A stretch of DNA of 64,000 nucleotides, from assembly GCA_965203805.1 (NCBI GenBank), contig OZ241917.1, positions 1,280,001 through 1,344,000 on the forward strand, written 5' to 3'. The notes beneath the pieces were generated by a model. The model saw only the letters and a program-made list of their open reading frames with translations, was not told the DNA's origin and did no database searches. This DNA is from Candidatus Latescibacterota bacterium. Lineage in GTDB: Bacteria > Latescibacterota > UBA2968 > GCA-2709665. Shown piece by piece: positions 49,948 through 60,426 of this stretch (the first letter of the stretch is position 1; each line of letters begins with the position of its first letter). The translations under genes were made by a program, and so were the position numbers.

Positions 49948-52900
49948 CTACCTTTTCAGCACATACAGCACGCCGTCTTCGGATGCCGCGGCAATCTCCG
50001 GGATGCCGTCACCGTCCACGTCCGCGGCAGCCACTGTCATCAGCGCGCCGCCGGTCTTGAATCGCGCCACCGTCCGCCCGTCATTATTGGCAAGCACGTG
50101 TATTGAACCGTCCTCGGTGCCAGCGGCGACTTCGGGTTTGCCGTCGCCGTCGAAATCACCCACGGCAATACAACGCACGACTTCCCCCAGGTCCGCCCGC
50201 CAGACGAGGGTGCGTCCGTCGCCCTTGATCACGTACACGTTGAAACTCATCGAAGACGCCACGACCTCGTCCAACCCATCGCCGTCCATGTCTGCCGTCA
50301 CGACCTGCGTCACCTCATCCCCGGTGTTGAACTGCCAGAGGAGTTCGCCATCGGCATTCAGGGTGTGGACATGCGTATCGGCCCCCGCGAAGATGACTTC
50401 CTTGCGGCCGTCGCCGTCCAGATCTCCCGCAGCGGCGGAATTGGTCCGAGGGCCCGTACGCGGATGGTAGGACCACCGGATCTCACCGCTGCCGTCAATG
50501 CAATGCCATCGGTGATATTCCGTTCCCGCAATCACCTCGTCTCGGCCGTCGCCGTCGATATCCGCCGCGCATCCATGCGTGGAGGAGTGCACCGTCATCT
50601 GATACCAAAGCAGCTTGCCATCGTGGCTGAATGCGTAGTATCGCCAGGACTCCGCCCCCGCGATCACCTCCAGTTTGCCATCCCCGTCGATATCGCCGGC
50701 AAAAACGGTCTTCAACATCGGCTTCCGGTAGTACAGAGGAATTTCATAGTCCCATTTCAACCTTCCCGTGGCGTTGAGCACGTAGACCTTCGTATCGGCA
50801 GACCCGGCAATCACCCGCGTCCTGCCGTCCCGCGCCAGGTCCGCCGCCCAAACGGACCGGACCTCGCCTCCCGTACGGAAACGCCAGAGCGCTTCACCGT
50901 CGCGCAGCGCGCAGACCGACCCGCCCCGGCCGCCCGCCACCAGTACGTCCGACCCGTCTCTCAGAAGATCGGCCCCTTGCACCGAGAGGAACGGACCCTC
51001 CTTACCGTACGCCCACAACGCCTTCAACCGGCCCACGCGACCCCGTCGCGGTCGGATCAGCGCCGGTTGAACCACTTTCGTGCGGACCGTACGGGTGGCC
51101 GCCTCGCGCAAGGCCATCACGGCGTCCGGCACCAGGGTGAACCGATGGTTGCCCTTCCGCAACGCAAATGACACCATCCCGTCGGAAACCGACGCATCCA
51201 CGGGTTTTCCGTTGACAATGACGCCCGACCGACCTTCCGACCACAGGCACAGCCGCGTGGCCTGCCGGACCGCGGCGCATCCCTCTCCCCGAACCGGATC
51301 GTACTCGATGGAAACCGGGTGCTCCGATCTCAGCTGTACCCCTCCCCACGAGACCCGCGTGCCGTCTGCAATCGCAATCCTGGACGGAGACACCATAAAC
51401 TGCGCAGCGGCCACGGTGGGACCATCGGAAATGACGACCGGGACATTGCACTCCCCCACGCCGGCGAACAGGACTTCCTCGCCCCCGTCGATCCGGACCG
51501 CCCCGTCGGCAAGCTGCACCAGTTTCAGACGCCTCGCCGCCGGATCGCCGCCGCAGTAGAGCAGATTGAAGAACCGGTACGTCTCGCCCGCCTTCAAACG
51601 AACGTCCACAATCTGCTGCAGAATCCGCACGACCGGTTCCGCGTGCGGATAGTCCGTCCAGTTCGTGCCGGTCTCGTGGTCGTCCTCCAGTTTGAGCGAC
51701 GGCCCCTTCAGTCCTTCGATATAGAACCGCTCCCCATCCTGTTCCACCGCCAGCCCGCCGCCTCGCAAAGTCACGTTGCCCAGCGTCTGCCATACCGCCC
51801 GGAAACCGTAATCGTCGTCCGACAGTGCGTCCATCTCGTCGATGACGAGGAAGAACCGGCCCCGGCTCCAGAGAATGTTGCGGTGCCAGTCCACCCCGCT
51901 ATAGTTGCGAAGTGTCGTCTCGGAAAATCCCGAACTGCCGAGATTCGCCGCGCGCTCGAGTTCGACAAACGGGGGGATTTCGGCGGACTGTCCATCCCTG
52001 AAAACCAGCACGCCGTTGTGAAATTTGGGCAGGGACTTGATATAGTCGCAGTCGGCCAGCCAGATCCGCCGCCGCTGCGTGATGCGTGATATCGAATTCC
52101 CGTCGTAGTGCTTGTGACCGCCGTTGGAGAGTCCGTCGAGAAAAAGGTACTGCGACATCGGATCGTACCCGTCCCTGAACACCACCTTGTCGAAAGTCTT
52201 CTTCAGGGGAAGATGGTCCTCGCCGCCGTTCGACGCGTAATACAACGGGTCCACCGGAAACACCTGAGTCCCGTCCAGATCCGACGGTTCGACGGGGGTT
52301 ATCCGCCTGTGATACTCATAAGCGGCAAATTGAGGCTCGACGGCCGTCTTCTTGTCCAGCATCCACTGATGGCGACCGTCTCCCAGCGCGAAAACCGCCG
52401 CACGAAGATACGGCAGTTCGCTCCACCAGCCGAAAGGCGACGCATTGTCGCCGTATGGAAGCGCATAGCCCAGATTGTCCGTTGTCAGGATCGCATAGTC
52501 CGCCGCTTTCCGGGCGCATCCATTCTCGAAAAACGTCATATCTCCGCTGGAAAGCGAATACCTGGCGAGGTGGTAGTGGGTCAGCCACTGGTATCCACTG
52601 CAATCTTCGTGGGGCTTGAATGCCTTCGCCTGGAACCGGAAGCACTCGTCGGACAGCGCCAGCCAGGCGTCGGCCTCCGGCAATCCGTAGTATTTCCGAT
52701 AATAGACGCCCGCGTAGTGCAGCCCCAATGCGGCGAACGTGGTGTGGTTGTGCCTCACGTGGGGGATTTTCATATTGCCCACGTGGTCCACGCAGTCGGT
52801 AATGAACTCGAACAGGATCCGGGTGATCCGCAGCCGATCGTCCTCCGAAATGACCGGACTTTCCTCCACGAGGTCCCACCCCGGCATCACCTTGTGCAGA

Positions 52901-53646
52901 GCAAAATCAGCGTCGAATCCCCAGATGCCGCCGTAGTTGTCCGGATCGGACATCGCGTGCCGGTACATGCGATAGACGAGGCGCTTATAGAGTTCGGCGT
53001 AGAGGTCGTTTCCAGTCAGCCCGTACAACAATCCCCGTTCTCCGATCCGGCTCCAGAGGCCCGTATGTTCGCCCCGGCGCAACGCCTCCTCGGCGGCCTC
53101 CATTTCCGAATCCACATCCGGATCGTCTTCAAGTTTCGGAATCGTCAAGGCGTCCGGGCCGAACCGGACGTCGAAACGAGGCCCCGTCGAAAGCGTCTTG
53201 TCCTCAGGCAACGTCTCCAAAAACCGGCCGACCGATGCGCGGACCCCTTCCAGATCGCTGCCCAAAAGCCCCACCGCGTTCGTTCCACTCCCCCACGGGT
53301 CGTGTATGGTATGAACCAGATAACCCCCGCGCCCCGGATACACATCGTCCGCGGGGGTGTAGTTGTAGCCGTAGAGACGGAATACCACGCGGTTCGTATT
53401 CAGGTTTCCCAGCAGAAGAAGATGCCGGTCCGGCGGCGTTTTCGCGTCCCTGTCCGTCACAATCGGGACGTCCGCGCCGGAAAGCTCGCGGATCGCGGCT
53501 CGAAGTTCGGCGGCAAGTTCCCGGTAGCGCGCATCGTTGGGACAGACGATCTCGGATGCGGGTTCGCCTCGTACCACCAGCACCGTGTCCGGGTAGCGTT
53601 TTTTCGGCCGTTTCAGGTTCGGATGGGCCGTATTGCCGTTCGGCAT
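49948..53646 (-). CDS. Large heparinase II/III-like protein with C-terminal FG-GAP/PQQ-like propeller
   Basis: HNH, GHKHYDGNSI, HNGVLV; repeated D.DGDG..EVIAG. Confidence 0.7.
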   Translation of the reverse strand: MPNGNTAHPNLKRPKKRYPDTVLVVRGEPASEIVCPNDARYRELAAELRAAIRELSGADVPIVTDRDAKTPPDRHLLLLGNLNTNRVVFRLYGYNYTPADDVYPGRGGYLVHTIHDPWGSGTNAVGLLGSDLEGVRASVGRFLETLPEDKTLSTGPRFDVRFGPDALTIPKLEDDPDVDSEMEAAEEALRRGEHTGLWSRIGERGLLYGLTGNDLYAELYKRLVYRMYRHAMSDPDNYGGIWGFDADFALHKVMPGWDLVEESPVISEDDRLRITRILFEFITDCVDHVGNMKIPHVRHNHTTFAALGLHYAGVYYRKYYGLPEADAWLALSDECFRFQAKAFKPHEDCSGYQWLTHYHLARYSLSSGDMTFFENGCARKAADYAILTTDNLGYALPYGDNASPFGWWSELPYLRAAVFALGDGRHQWMLDKKTAVEPQFAAYEYHRRITPVEPSDLDGTQVFPVDPLYYASNGGEDHLPLKKTFDKVVFRDGYDPMSQYLFLDGLSNGGHKHYDGNSISRITQRRRIWLADCDYIKSLPKFHNGVLVFRDGQSAEIPPFVELERAANLGSSGFSETTLRNYSGVDWHRNILWSRGRFFLVIDEMDALSDDDYGFRAVWQTLGNVTLRGGGLAVEQDGERFYIEGLKGPSLKLEDDHETGTNWTDYPHAEPVVRILQQIVDVRLKAGETYRFFNLLYCGGDPAARRLKLVQLADGAVRIDGGEEVLFAGVGECNVPVVISDGPTVAAAQFMVSPSRIAIADGTRVSWGGVQLRSEHPVSIEYDPVRGEGCAAVRQATRLCLWSEGRSGVIVNGKPVDASVSDGMVSFALRKGNHRFTLVPDAVMALREAATRTVRTKVVQPALIRPRRGRVGRLKALWAYGKEGPFLSVQGADLLRDGSDVLVAGGRGGSVCALRDGEALWRFRTGGEVRSVWAADLARDGRTRVIAGSADTKVYVLNATGRLKWDYEIPLYYRKPMLKTVFAGDIDGDGKLEVIAGAESWRYYAFSHDGKLLWYQMTVHSSTHGCAADIDGDGRDEVIAGTEYHRWHCIDGSGEIRWSYHPRTGPRTNSAAAGDLDGDGRKEVIFAGADTHVHTLNADGELLWQFNTGDEVTQVVTADMDGDGLDEVVASSMSFNVYVIKGDGRTLVWRADLGEVVRCIAVGDFDGDGKPEVAAGTEDGSIHVLANNDGRTVARFKTGGALMTVAAADVDGDGIPEIAAASEDGVLYVLKR

Positions 53647-53675
53647 GGGTATTTCCTCGCAAATAAACTATGGGG

Positions 53676-54395
53676 CTATATTTCAACGAATTTTTCGAAC
53701 AGAAACATCCCGATCAGCAGAAAAACCAGGCCCACAAGCAACGTGTACACCATCAGCGCCGCGGCGGACGACAGATATCCCTGCGCGGCGTTCATGAAAT
53801 CACCCGCCAACGCCAGATAGATGAAGGCGGATATGACAAGTGAAGCGGCTGCCGCGAGACCTCTGAGGCGCGCCGCCGAGAATTTGACGCCCTCCATGGC
53901 TGTCACGACGCCAAGCGACAAGACCAGCCACGACGCGATAAAGCCCATGGCGGTTTCGAATACGCCTGCTGGAGTTACTTCGACTTGATTCATCAATTGA
54001 AACAGGACGGATTGAGTCGCACGTTGGGCGACAAGATAGATCCCGGTCCCCGCGATTGCGATGAGCGCAAGGCCGAAACTCAGCATCGCGGCACACTTGC
54101 ACAATGCCGTCAGTCCGGTGCGGACGGGAAGCGCGAACAGCAGATGGTACGTATTGCCGCGCCACTCCCCCTTGAAAGAAGATGCCAGCATGAAGGGGGA
54201 AACGAACAGGACCCCCCACACGGGCAGCCAGGAAAGAAAAATGCCGATCGTTTGATTATCTACGGCAAGGAGAACCCAAACCTGCAATACGAGAGTACCG
54301 ATGGCAAACGCGCAGAATGCACCCCTGACGTCCTTTACCTCCTTGACGAAGAGCGCGATGAACATCCTCATAACCGGCTTCCCCCGTTTGCTCAA
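53676..54395 (-). CDS. ABC transporter permease
   Basis: Six TMs, EWRGNT..LLFALPV; coupled to ATPase. Confidence 0.75.
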   Translation of the reverse strand: MSKRGKPVMRMFIALFVKEVKDVRGAFCAFAIGTLVLQVWVLLAVDNQTIGIFLSWLPVWGVLFVSPFMLASSFKGEWRGNTYHLLFALPVRTGLTALCKCAAMLSFGLALIAIAGTGIYLVAQRATQSVLFQLMNQVEVTPAGVFETAMGFIASWLVLSLGVVTAMEGVKFSAARLRGLAAAASLVISAFIYLALAGDFMNAAQGYLSSAAALMVYTLLVGLVFLLIGMFLFEKFVEI

Positions 54396-55081
54396 TCGAC
54401 GTACAACGCGAAGATCTCGGACAAGGACTTCCCGTGGTCCCGTTGCAGCTGACTCGAACTGCCCGACGCGGGAATCTCTCCGCGGTGGAGAAAAACCACA
54501 TCCTCGAGATAGGGCTCGACTTCCGATACGAGATGCGTCGAAATCAGAATCGTCTGGTCCTCCCGGCGGAACTCGTTGAAGAGACTTTCCAGAATGCGTC
54601 TCCGCGACGGGGGGTCGATACCCCCCAGAGGCTCATCCATCAGCACCACTTCAGGGGACCACGAGAATGCAGAAACCACCTTCAGCCTTGCACGCTGCCC
54701 GCGTGAAAGGGCGCCCACCTTCCGGTCTTTCGGCAGATTCATGAATTCGAGCAGTTGTTCGGCCTTCCGTGCGTCCCACGTGGCATGGAAGGCCGAAAGG
54801 AAATTCAGCTGTTCGTCGACCTTCATCCAGGAATAAAACGGATCGATCTCGGGAAGATAGGACACCCTGCGCTTCGTGGCGAACCCCGCCGGGATTTGCC
54901 CGATCCGCGCCTGTCCCCGGGTAGGACGCGTCACACCCGCGAGAATCCGGAACAGCGTACTCTTTCCGCTTCCGTTTTCTCCGAGTACGCCCAGCACCCC
55001 GCCGCGCGCCACCGTCAATGAAACACCCCTGAGCGCCCATACGCCGGGATATCTCTTCCAGAGGTCTACGACGTCGATCAT
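54392..55081 (-). CDS. ABC transporter ATP-binding protein
   Basis: GENGSGKST, LSRGQ, LMDEPLGGID, ISTH. Confidence 0.95.
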   Translation of the reverse strand: MIDVVDLWKRYPGVWALRGVSLTVARGGVLGVLGENGSGKSTLFRILAGVTRPTRGQARIGQIPAGFATKRRVSYLPEIDPFYSWMKVDEQLNFLSAFHATWDARKAEQLLEFMNLPKDRKVGALSRGQRARLKVVSAFSWSPEVVLMDEPLGGIDPPSRRRILESLFNEFRREDQTILISTHLVSEVEPYLEDVVFLHRGEIPASGSSSQLQRDHGKSLSEIFALYVD

Positions 55082-55174
55082 CGGTGCACATCCCCGGTAT
55101 AGAAAAAGGCCGCCCCGGTACCCATTCCAGAAGCGGCCGTATTCAGATCGCCACCTGACTCACGCCAGCGGGAT

Positions 55175-55654
55175 TCAGCGCATATCGCGATCGATGAGAA
55201 ACAGCCCGTATCGATCGTCGCCTACAAGCTCCAGCTTTTTCACGATGGCGCGAAGCCGGGCCTCTTCCTCCACCTGTTCGTTGACGAACCACTGCAGAAA
55301 CGTGTTGGTCGCGTGGGCGCGGTTCTTCATTGCCAGATCGACCAGATTGTCGATCCGTCCGCTGGCTTCCTGTTCCCGCCGGTATGCCGCCGAAATCGCG
55401 TCCAGGGGTGAACCCCAATCCGCCGGGGGTTCTGGAATGGGTTTGAACCCGACCGGCGCCTCCCTTTCGTGCAGGAATTCGTAGATCTTCATCGCGTGCG
55501 TCATCTCTCGCTGTGCCTGCTTGCCCATCCACCTGGCAAATCCATTCAGATTGACCGACTTGAAATAGGAGGACATGGCCAGGTAGGTATACCAGGCGAG
55601 GAATTCGCTGTTGATCTGCTCGTTCAGCGCTGACTGAATCTCCTTACTAAACAT
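55175..55654 (-). CDS. ftnA: Ferritin
   Basis: LNEQINSEF...YLAMS, HAMK, FLQWFVNEQVEEE. Confidence 0.93.
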   Translation of the reverse strand: MFSKEIQSALNEQINSEFLAWYTYLAMSSYFKSVNLNGFARWMGKQAQREMTHAMKIYEFLHEREAPVGFKPIPEPPADWGSPLDAISAAYRREQEASGRIDNLVDLAMKNRAHATNTFLQWFVNEQVEEEARLRAIVKKLELVGDDRYGLFLIDRDMR

Positions 55655-55711
55655 CTGCGCCCCCTGAGGGTTTCCTGAATGACGACATGCGATCCCCTGT
55701 GGCTGCGACGA

Positions 55712-56065
55712 TTAATGGGGCGCCGGGACCTTGCAGCATCCCGGCAGACTCGCGTACGCTGTGCTGTCGGCAGGGGCCTGATTCGCCTGATAACCGGCCG
55801 CGGCGATGGCCTGTTCCATCGTTGCCGTATCGGTGCGCTTCGCGTCGTACGTTACGCTAACAACCTTGACATCCATATCGACGTTCACCTCTGTCACGCC
55901 GTCAACCTTCTTCAAGGCCTTGTCAATGTTGTTTGCGCACATCATGCACTGCGCCGTGGGCACGTTGATTTTTGCCGTACGGGTTTCCGCCGTGGAACAG
56001 GCGGTGACCGCGAGAGTGCCGAAAGCGAGCGCGCAGCTGAGCGCGAGAGACATGATCTTGCGCAT
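55712..56065 (-). CDS. Exported heavy-metal-associated (HMA) domain protein
   Basis: Signal/lipoprotein N-terminus, CMMC, AGY, LPGCCK. Confidence 0.88.
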   Translation of the reverse strand: MRKIMSLALSCALAFGTLAVTACSTAETRTAKINVPTAQCMMCANNIDKALKKVDGVTEVNVDMDVKVVSVTYDAKRTDTATMEQAIAAAGYQANQAPADSTAYASLPGCCKVPAPH

Positions 56066-56157
56066 GAATCAACCTCCTTGAGTTAAAAGGGAACGTTTGG
56101 CACATTCCCGAAATCTGACGTCCACAACTTCGAATATATGACAACACCCATCGATAA

Positions 56158-59100
56158 TCAACGCTCATCTTTCAACGATCGCCCTTTCCAGAATGCGTAT
56201 ACCGCGGGTATCACGATCAGCGTCAGCAGCGCGGACGAGGCGACACCCCCCACCATCGGCGCCGCGATGCGCTTCATGGTCTGCGACCCGATCCCATGCC
56301 CCCACATAATGGGCAGCAGCCCAAGCAGCGTTGTCAGCACCGTCATCATCTTCGGCCTGACCCGTTCGACGGCGCCGGCGACAACCGCCCTCCGGAGGTC
56401 CGCGGCGTTCATATCACCTCCCCGCGCCGCGCGAATGCGATCGTACGCCTGATCCAGATAGACCAGCATAACCACGCCGGTTTCCGCCGCGAGGCCGCCG
56501 AGCGCGATGAAGCCGACGCCCACCGCAACGCTCATGTTGTAGTCCAGCAGGTACATCAGCCAGATGCCGCCCACCATCGCGAACGGAAGGGACAGCATGA
56601 CGATAAGGCTTTCCTGCACGTTCCTGAAATTGAGATACAACAACAGGAAGATGATTCCAAGCGTGAGCGGCACCACCAGCTTCAGGCGCTTTTCCGCCCG
56701 CAGCATGTACTCATACTGACCGCTCCAGGAAACCGAATAGCCCGGCGGCATGGGCACCTTCTCCAGCACCGTCTGTTGCGCGCGTTTCACGTAGGTTCCG
56801 ACGTCGATGCCCTGGATATCCACGTACACCCAGGCGTTCGGACGGGCGTTCTCGCTCTTGATCCCCGGCGGGCCCTTTCTGATGCGGATATCGGCAAGTT
56901 GCGCGATCGGGATCTGGGCGCCGGTGGGCGTGGGAACCAGCACGCGACGGAGCGCGGGCAGGTTGTCCCGCAATTCTCTATCGTACCGGAGATTTACGGG
57001 ATAGCGTTCCAGCCCCTCCACGGTTGTGGTGATGTTCTTCCCCCCCATCGCGAACATAATCACGTCCTGGACGTCGCCAACGGTGAGCCCGAAACGCGCG
57101 GCAGCCTCGCGGTCGATGTCGAAATCCAGGTAGTTGCCGCCGACGGCCCGTTCCGCGAACACGCTCAGGGTACCCGGCAGGTCGCGAATCACCGTCTCGA
57201 TCCGTTCCCCCAGACGCTGCAGCACCTCCAGATCTTCACCCGCGATCTTGATGCCCACCGGCGTCTTGATCCCCGTGGACAGCATATCGATGCGTGTCTT
57301 GATCGGCATCGTCCACGAATTGGTCAGGCCGGGAAACTGGATCGCCTCATTCAACCGCCCGATCAACTTTTCGGGCGTCATTCCGGGGCGCCATTCGCGC
57401 TCCGGCTTCAGCGTTATCGTCGTTTCTATCATGGCCAGCGGCGCCGGGTCGGTCGCGGTTTCAGCCCGTCCAATCTTTCCGAATACGTCCTGTACCTCGG
57501 GAAAAGCCTTGATGATCTTATCGGTCTGCTGAAGCAATTCGCGCGCCCTTGTCACCGATACCCCCGGCAGGGTGGTTGGCATATAGAGCAGGTCCCCCTC
57601 ATAGAGCGGCGGCATGAATTCGGACCCGATCCGCTGCAGCGGGAACAGCCGGTCCAATCTCACCAGGGCCCGGTACGCGAGGCTTTGCGGCGCGTCGGAA
57701 AACCTGTCGAGCACCAGGCTGCGGAATGGAAAGAGCGTAACCAGAAGAACGGCCGCCGCCATTACCAGTGTTGCAGCCCGGTGATTCAGGACCCACGCAA
57801 TCACCGGGCGATACATCCAGATGAAGAACCTGCTGCTGGGATTGCGCGCTTCGGGACGGATCTTTCCCCGGACGAAAACACTCACCAGCACGGGTACGAT
57901 CGTGATCGCCAGCAGGGCCGCCGCACCCATCGCGTAGGTCTTGGTATAGGCCAGCGGTTTGAACAGCCGGCCCTCCTGCTCCTGCAGGGCAAAGACGGGA
58001 AGAAAGGAAACCGTAATCATCAGCAGCGAGTAAAACAGCGCCGGGCCGATCTCTTTCGATGCGTCGACGATGATCTCCAGATGCCCCTTCCTGCCGTTGT
58101 TCTGTTCCAGGTGTTTGTGAGCATTCTCGATCATCACGATCGACGCGTCGACCATGGCCCCGATAGCGACCGCAATTCCCCCGAGCGACATGATATTGGA
58201 GTTCAGCCCCTGGGTGTGCATCACGCCGAACGAGATCAGTACGCCCGCAGACAGCGCGAATACCGCGACAAACGCGCTGCGGAAGTGCAGGAGAAATACG
58301 ACGCAGACCAGCGCCACGACCGTCATTTCCTCGATCAGTTTGGTTCGCAGGTTGTCGATGGCGTCGCGAATCAACGCCGACCGGTCGTAGGCCGTCCGAA
58401 TTGAAACGCCCTCGGGCAGACCCGGCTTGAGCGAGTCGATCTTCTCTTTTACCCGATCGATCACGGCAAGGGCGTTTTCGCCGTAGCGCATGACGACGAT
58501 TCCGCCCACGACCTCACCCTCTCCGTTCCATTCGGCAAGCCCGCGGCGCAGCTCCGGACCCAGCCGCACGGTGGCGACGTCTCCAACCCTGACGGGCGTT
58601 CCCCCGGCATCCACCCCGACCGCGATGTTCCGGATGTCGTCGATCGAGCGGATATAACCGAGTCCGCGCACCATGAACTCGGTTTCTCCGAACTCCACGG
58701 TCCGCCCGCCCACGTCATTGTTGCTCCGCCGAATCGCCGAACTCACCTTTTGCAGCGGAATATTGTATGCCAGCAGACGGTTCGGGTCCACGGTGACCTG
58801 GTACTGTTTAACGTACCCCCCCACGGCCGCCACCTCGGCCACGCCCGGGACGCTACTGAGTTCGTAACGCAGGTACCAGTCCTGGATGGATCGCAATTCC
58901 GCCAGATCGCGACGTCCCGTACGGTCCTCCAGCACGTATTCGTACACCCATCCTACCCCGGTCGCATCCGGGCCGAGCCGGGGCGCGACGCCGCGGGGCA
59001 ATCGATTCGACACGGTGTTGAGCGATTCCAGAACCCGGCTTCTCGCCCAGTACATGTCCGTGCCATCCTCGAAGATCACGTAGACGAACGACAGACCGAA

Positions 59101-59361
59101 GAAGGAAAACCCACGCACGGCCTTCGCGTAGGGCACCGCCAGCATCGCCGACGTGAGCGGATACGTGACCTGGTCCTCCACCACCCGCGGCGCCTGCCCG
59201 GGGTATTCGGTCAGAACGATGACCTGAACGTCCGACAGATCCGGGATCGCGTCCAGCGGCGTATTCAGCATCGCATAGACGCCCCAGGCGATCGCAAACA
59301 CGGTGGCTGCCGCGATCAGAAACCGGTTCCGAAGACTGAGCTCAATGACTCGACCGATCAT
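56158..59361 (-). CDS. cusA: CusA/CzcA family heavy-metal RND efflux pump
   Basis: DAIPDLSDVQVI, GPDATGVGWVY, MLSTGIKTPVGIK, RVRPKMMT. Confidence 0.96.
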   Translation of the reverse strand: MIGRVIELSLRNRFLIAAATVFAIAWGVYAMLNTPLDAIPDLSDVQVIVLTEYPGQAPRVVEDQVTYPLTSAMLAVPYAKAVRGFSFFGLSFVYVIFEDGTDMYWARSRVLESLNTVSNRLPRGVAPRLGPDATGVGWVYEYVLEDRTGRRDLAELRSIQDWYLRYELSSVPGVAEVAAVGGYVKQYQVTVDPNRLLAYNIPLQKVSSAIRRSNNDVGGRTVEFGETEFMVRGLGYIRSIDDIRNIAVGVDAGGTPVRVGDVATVRLGPELRRGLAEWNGEGEVVGGIVVMRYGENALAVIDRVKEKIDSLKPGLPEGVSIRTAYDRSALIRDAIDNLRTKLIEEMTVVALVCVVFLLHFRSAFVAVFALSAGVLISFGVMHTQGLNSNIMSLGGIAVAIGAMVDASIVMIENAHKHLEQNNGRKGHLEIIVDASKEIGPALFYSLLMITVSFLPVFALQEQEGRLFKPLAYTKTYAMGAAALLAITIVPVLVSVFVRGKIRPEARNPSSRFFIWMYRPVIAWVLNHRAATLVMAAAVLLVTLFPFRSLVLDRFSDAPQSLAYRALVRLDRLFPLQRIGSEFMPPLYEGDLLYMPTTLPGVSVTRARELLQQTDKIIKAFPEVQDVFGKIGRAETATDPAPLAMIETTITLKPEREWRPGMTPEKLIGRLNEAIQFPGLTNSWTMPIKTRIDMLSTGIKTPVGIKIAGEDLEVLQRLGERIETVIRDLPGTLSVFAERAVGGNYLDFDIDREAAARFGLTVGDVQDVIMFAMGGKNITTTVEGLERYPVNLRYDRELRDNLPALRRVLVPTPTGAQIPIAQLADIRIRKGPPGIKSENARPNAWVYVDIQGIDVGTYVKRAQQTVLEKVPMPPGYSVSWSGQYEYMLRAEKRLKLVVPLTLGIIFLLLYLNFRNVQESLIVMLSLPFAMVGGIWLMYLLDYNMSVAVGVGFIALGGLAAETGVVMLVYLDQAYDRIRAARGGDMNAADLRRAVVAGAVERVRPKMMTVLTTLLGLLPIMWGHGIGSQTMKRIAAPMVGGVASSALLTLIVIPAVYAFWKGRSLKDER

Positions 59362-60029
59362 ACGTTGGACTCCTGGTATTCTGTCCCATAAATGGAATGA
59401 ATGGATCCGAACCGGGACCTTAATTCGACAAAAGCAGCGACGCGGCGCCGCGACAGAACCTCCCGAAACGGGCCGAAAAGGTCGTCCGGATGGACATTTT
59501 TCCGTTCACGTCAAGTGACCTGACGTGTCATAGAAATCAGCAGTTAAATCGCCTTTATTCACTTGCACATATTCGAATTAACGTCCCCGAATAAGTAGAG
59601 TCGGGATGTGGCGCGGTAGTTTAGGAGTGGCCTATCCGTTTCCGCCCCTTTCGTCTGGCGGTGCCTCAATAGCCCCTCCGTGCCCCGTTTCCACATCCCG
59701 CTCGTCGAACCGGACGTGCGGTTTTCCCGCATCCGGCTCTCCGACGGACGTCGCCTTCAGGCACACGCTGACCGCGCTGCCCGGACAGCTTCACCTGAAG
59801 CCCAAGCTTGTTCTGGAGTCGCCTCGTCTACTTTTGGAGGAGGTTATAGGCTTGCGCCACTCTCCCGACCGTTGTCCCCTTCACAAGCACATCCGAAGTC
59901 AGGCCCCTTCCCTCCACCGGCGTTACCCGGCTTCACGGGTACTACGAGCCTGTCCGCCACCCCATGCGGCCCGGCCTGTCCCTCACGGGCGTCCGGTTGG
60001 TGTCCCTGCACCACCGCTGGGGCTTCCCG

Positions 60030-60062
60030 CCTGCCTGCCGAGCAGGACTCGGCGCAGGCAGG
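60030..60062. repeat. CCTGCCTG hairpin mini-insertion 4 (33 bp)
   Basis: CCTGCCTGCCGAGCAGGACTCGGCGCAGGCAGG splitting intron motif GGGCTTCCCG|TGTTGCG. Confidence 0.88.
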
Positions 60063-60108
60063 TGTTGCGTCGGATCTCCTTGTATACGTGCCTCCGCCAT
60101 TTCCCCGG

Positions 60109-60135
60109 CCTGCCTGCGTCCCTCGGACAGGCAGG
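60109..60135. repeat. CCTGCCTG hairpin mini-insertion 5 (27 bp)
   Basis: CCTGCCTGCGTCCCTCGGACAGGCAGG splitting CCCCGG|CGGGACCG. Confidence 0.85.
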
Positions 60136-60426
60136 CGGGACCGCTGGATGCTCGCGTTGCTGTCTTTTTCCAGCGACGGCGGCCTTCCCCGATCGTCAGA
60201 CGGGTCGGCTCCCGCATTACCCTTTTCGAGGCCTGCTCAGCGTTCACTGCACGTTTCGGCCCGCATACTCGCCGAGTCGCCTTGCGACCCTCTACACCGG
60301 AGGCTTCAGAGATTTCGTTGCCTACGTCCCTGCTCCGATTGCTACCGACTGAAGCAACCCTTGTCGGGTTGGGACTCTCACCCACTGAAGATCCGCGCCT
60401 TTTCACGGCGCACTGACGAATCAAGG

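Larger units (their letters stand above)
59595..60413 (-). ncRNA. ORF-less group II intron (819 nt)
   Basis: 5' GTGCG; domain V GAGAGCCGGATGCGGGAAAACCGCACGTCCGGTTC; 3' end CCCGACTCTAC; no RT ORF. Confidence 0.9.
59418..60426 (-). mobile_element. ~190 bp MITE, copy 2, interrupted by a group II intron
   Basis: TIRs CCTTGATTCGTCA (60414-60426) / TGTCGAATTAAGG (59418-59430); homologous to 16950-17143. Confidence 0.78.

Noticed and set aside
56296-58404. 702-aa plus-strand ORF and similar long antisense ORFs
   Set aside because: Antisense to well-conserved genes in high-GC DNA; no motifs
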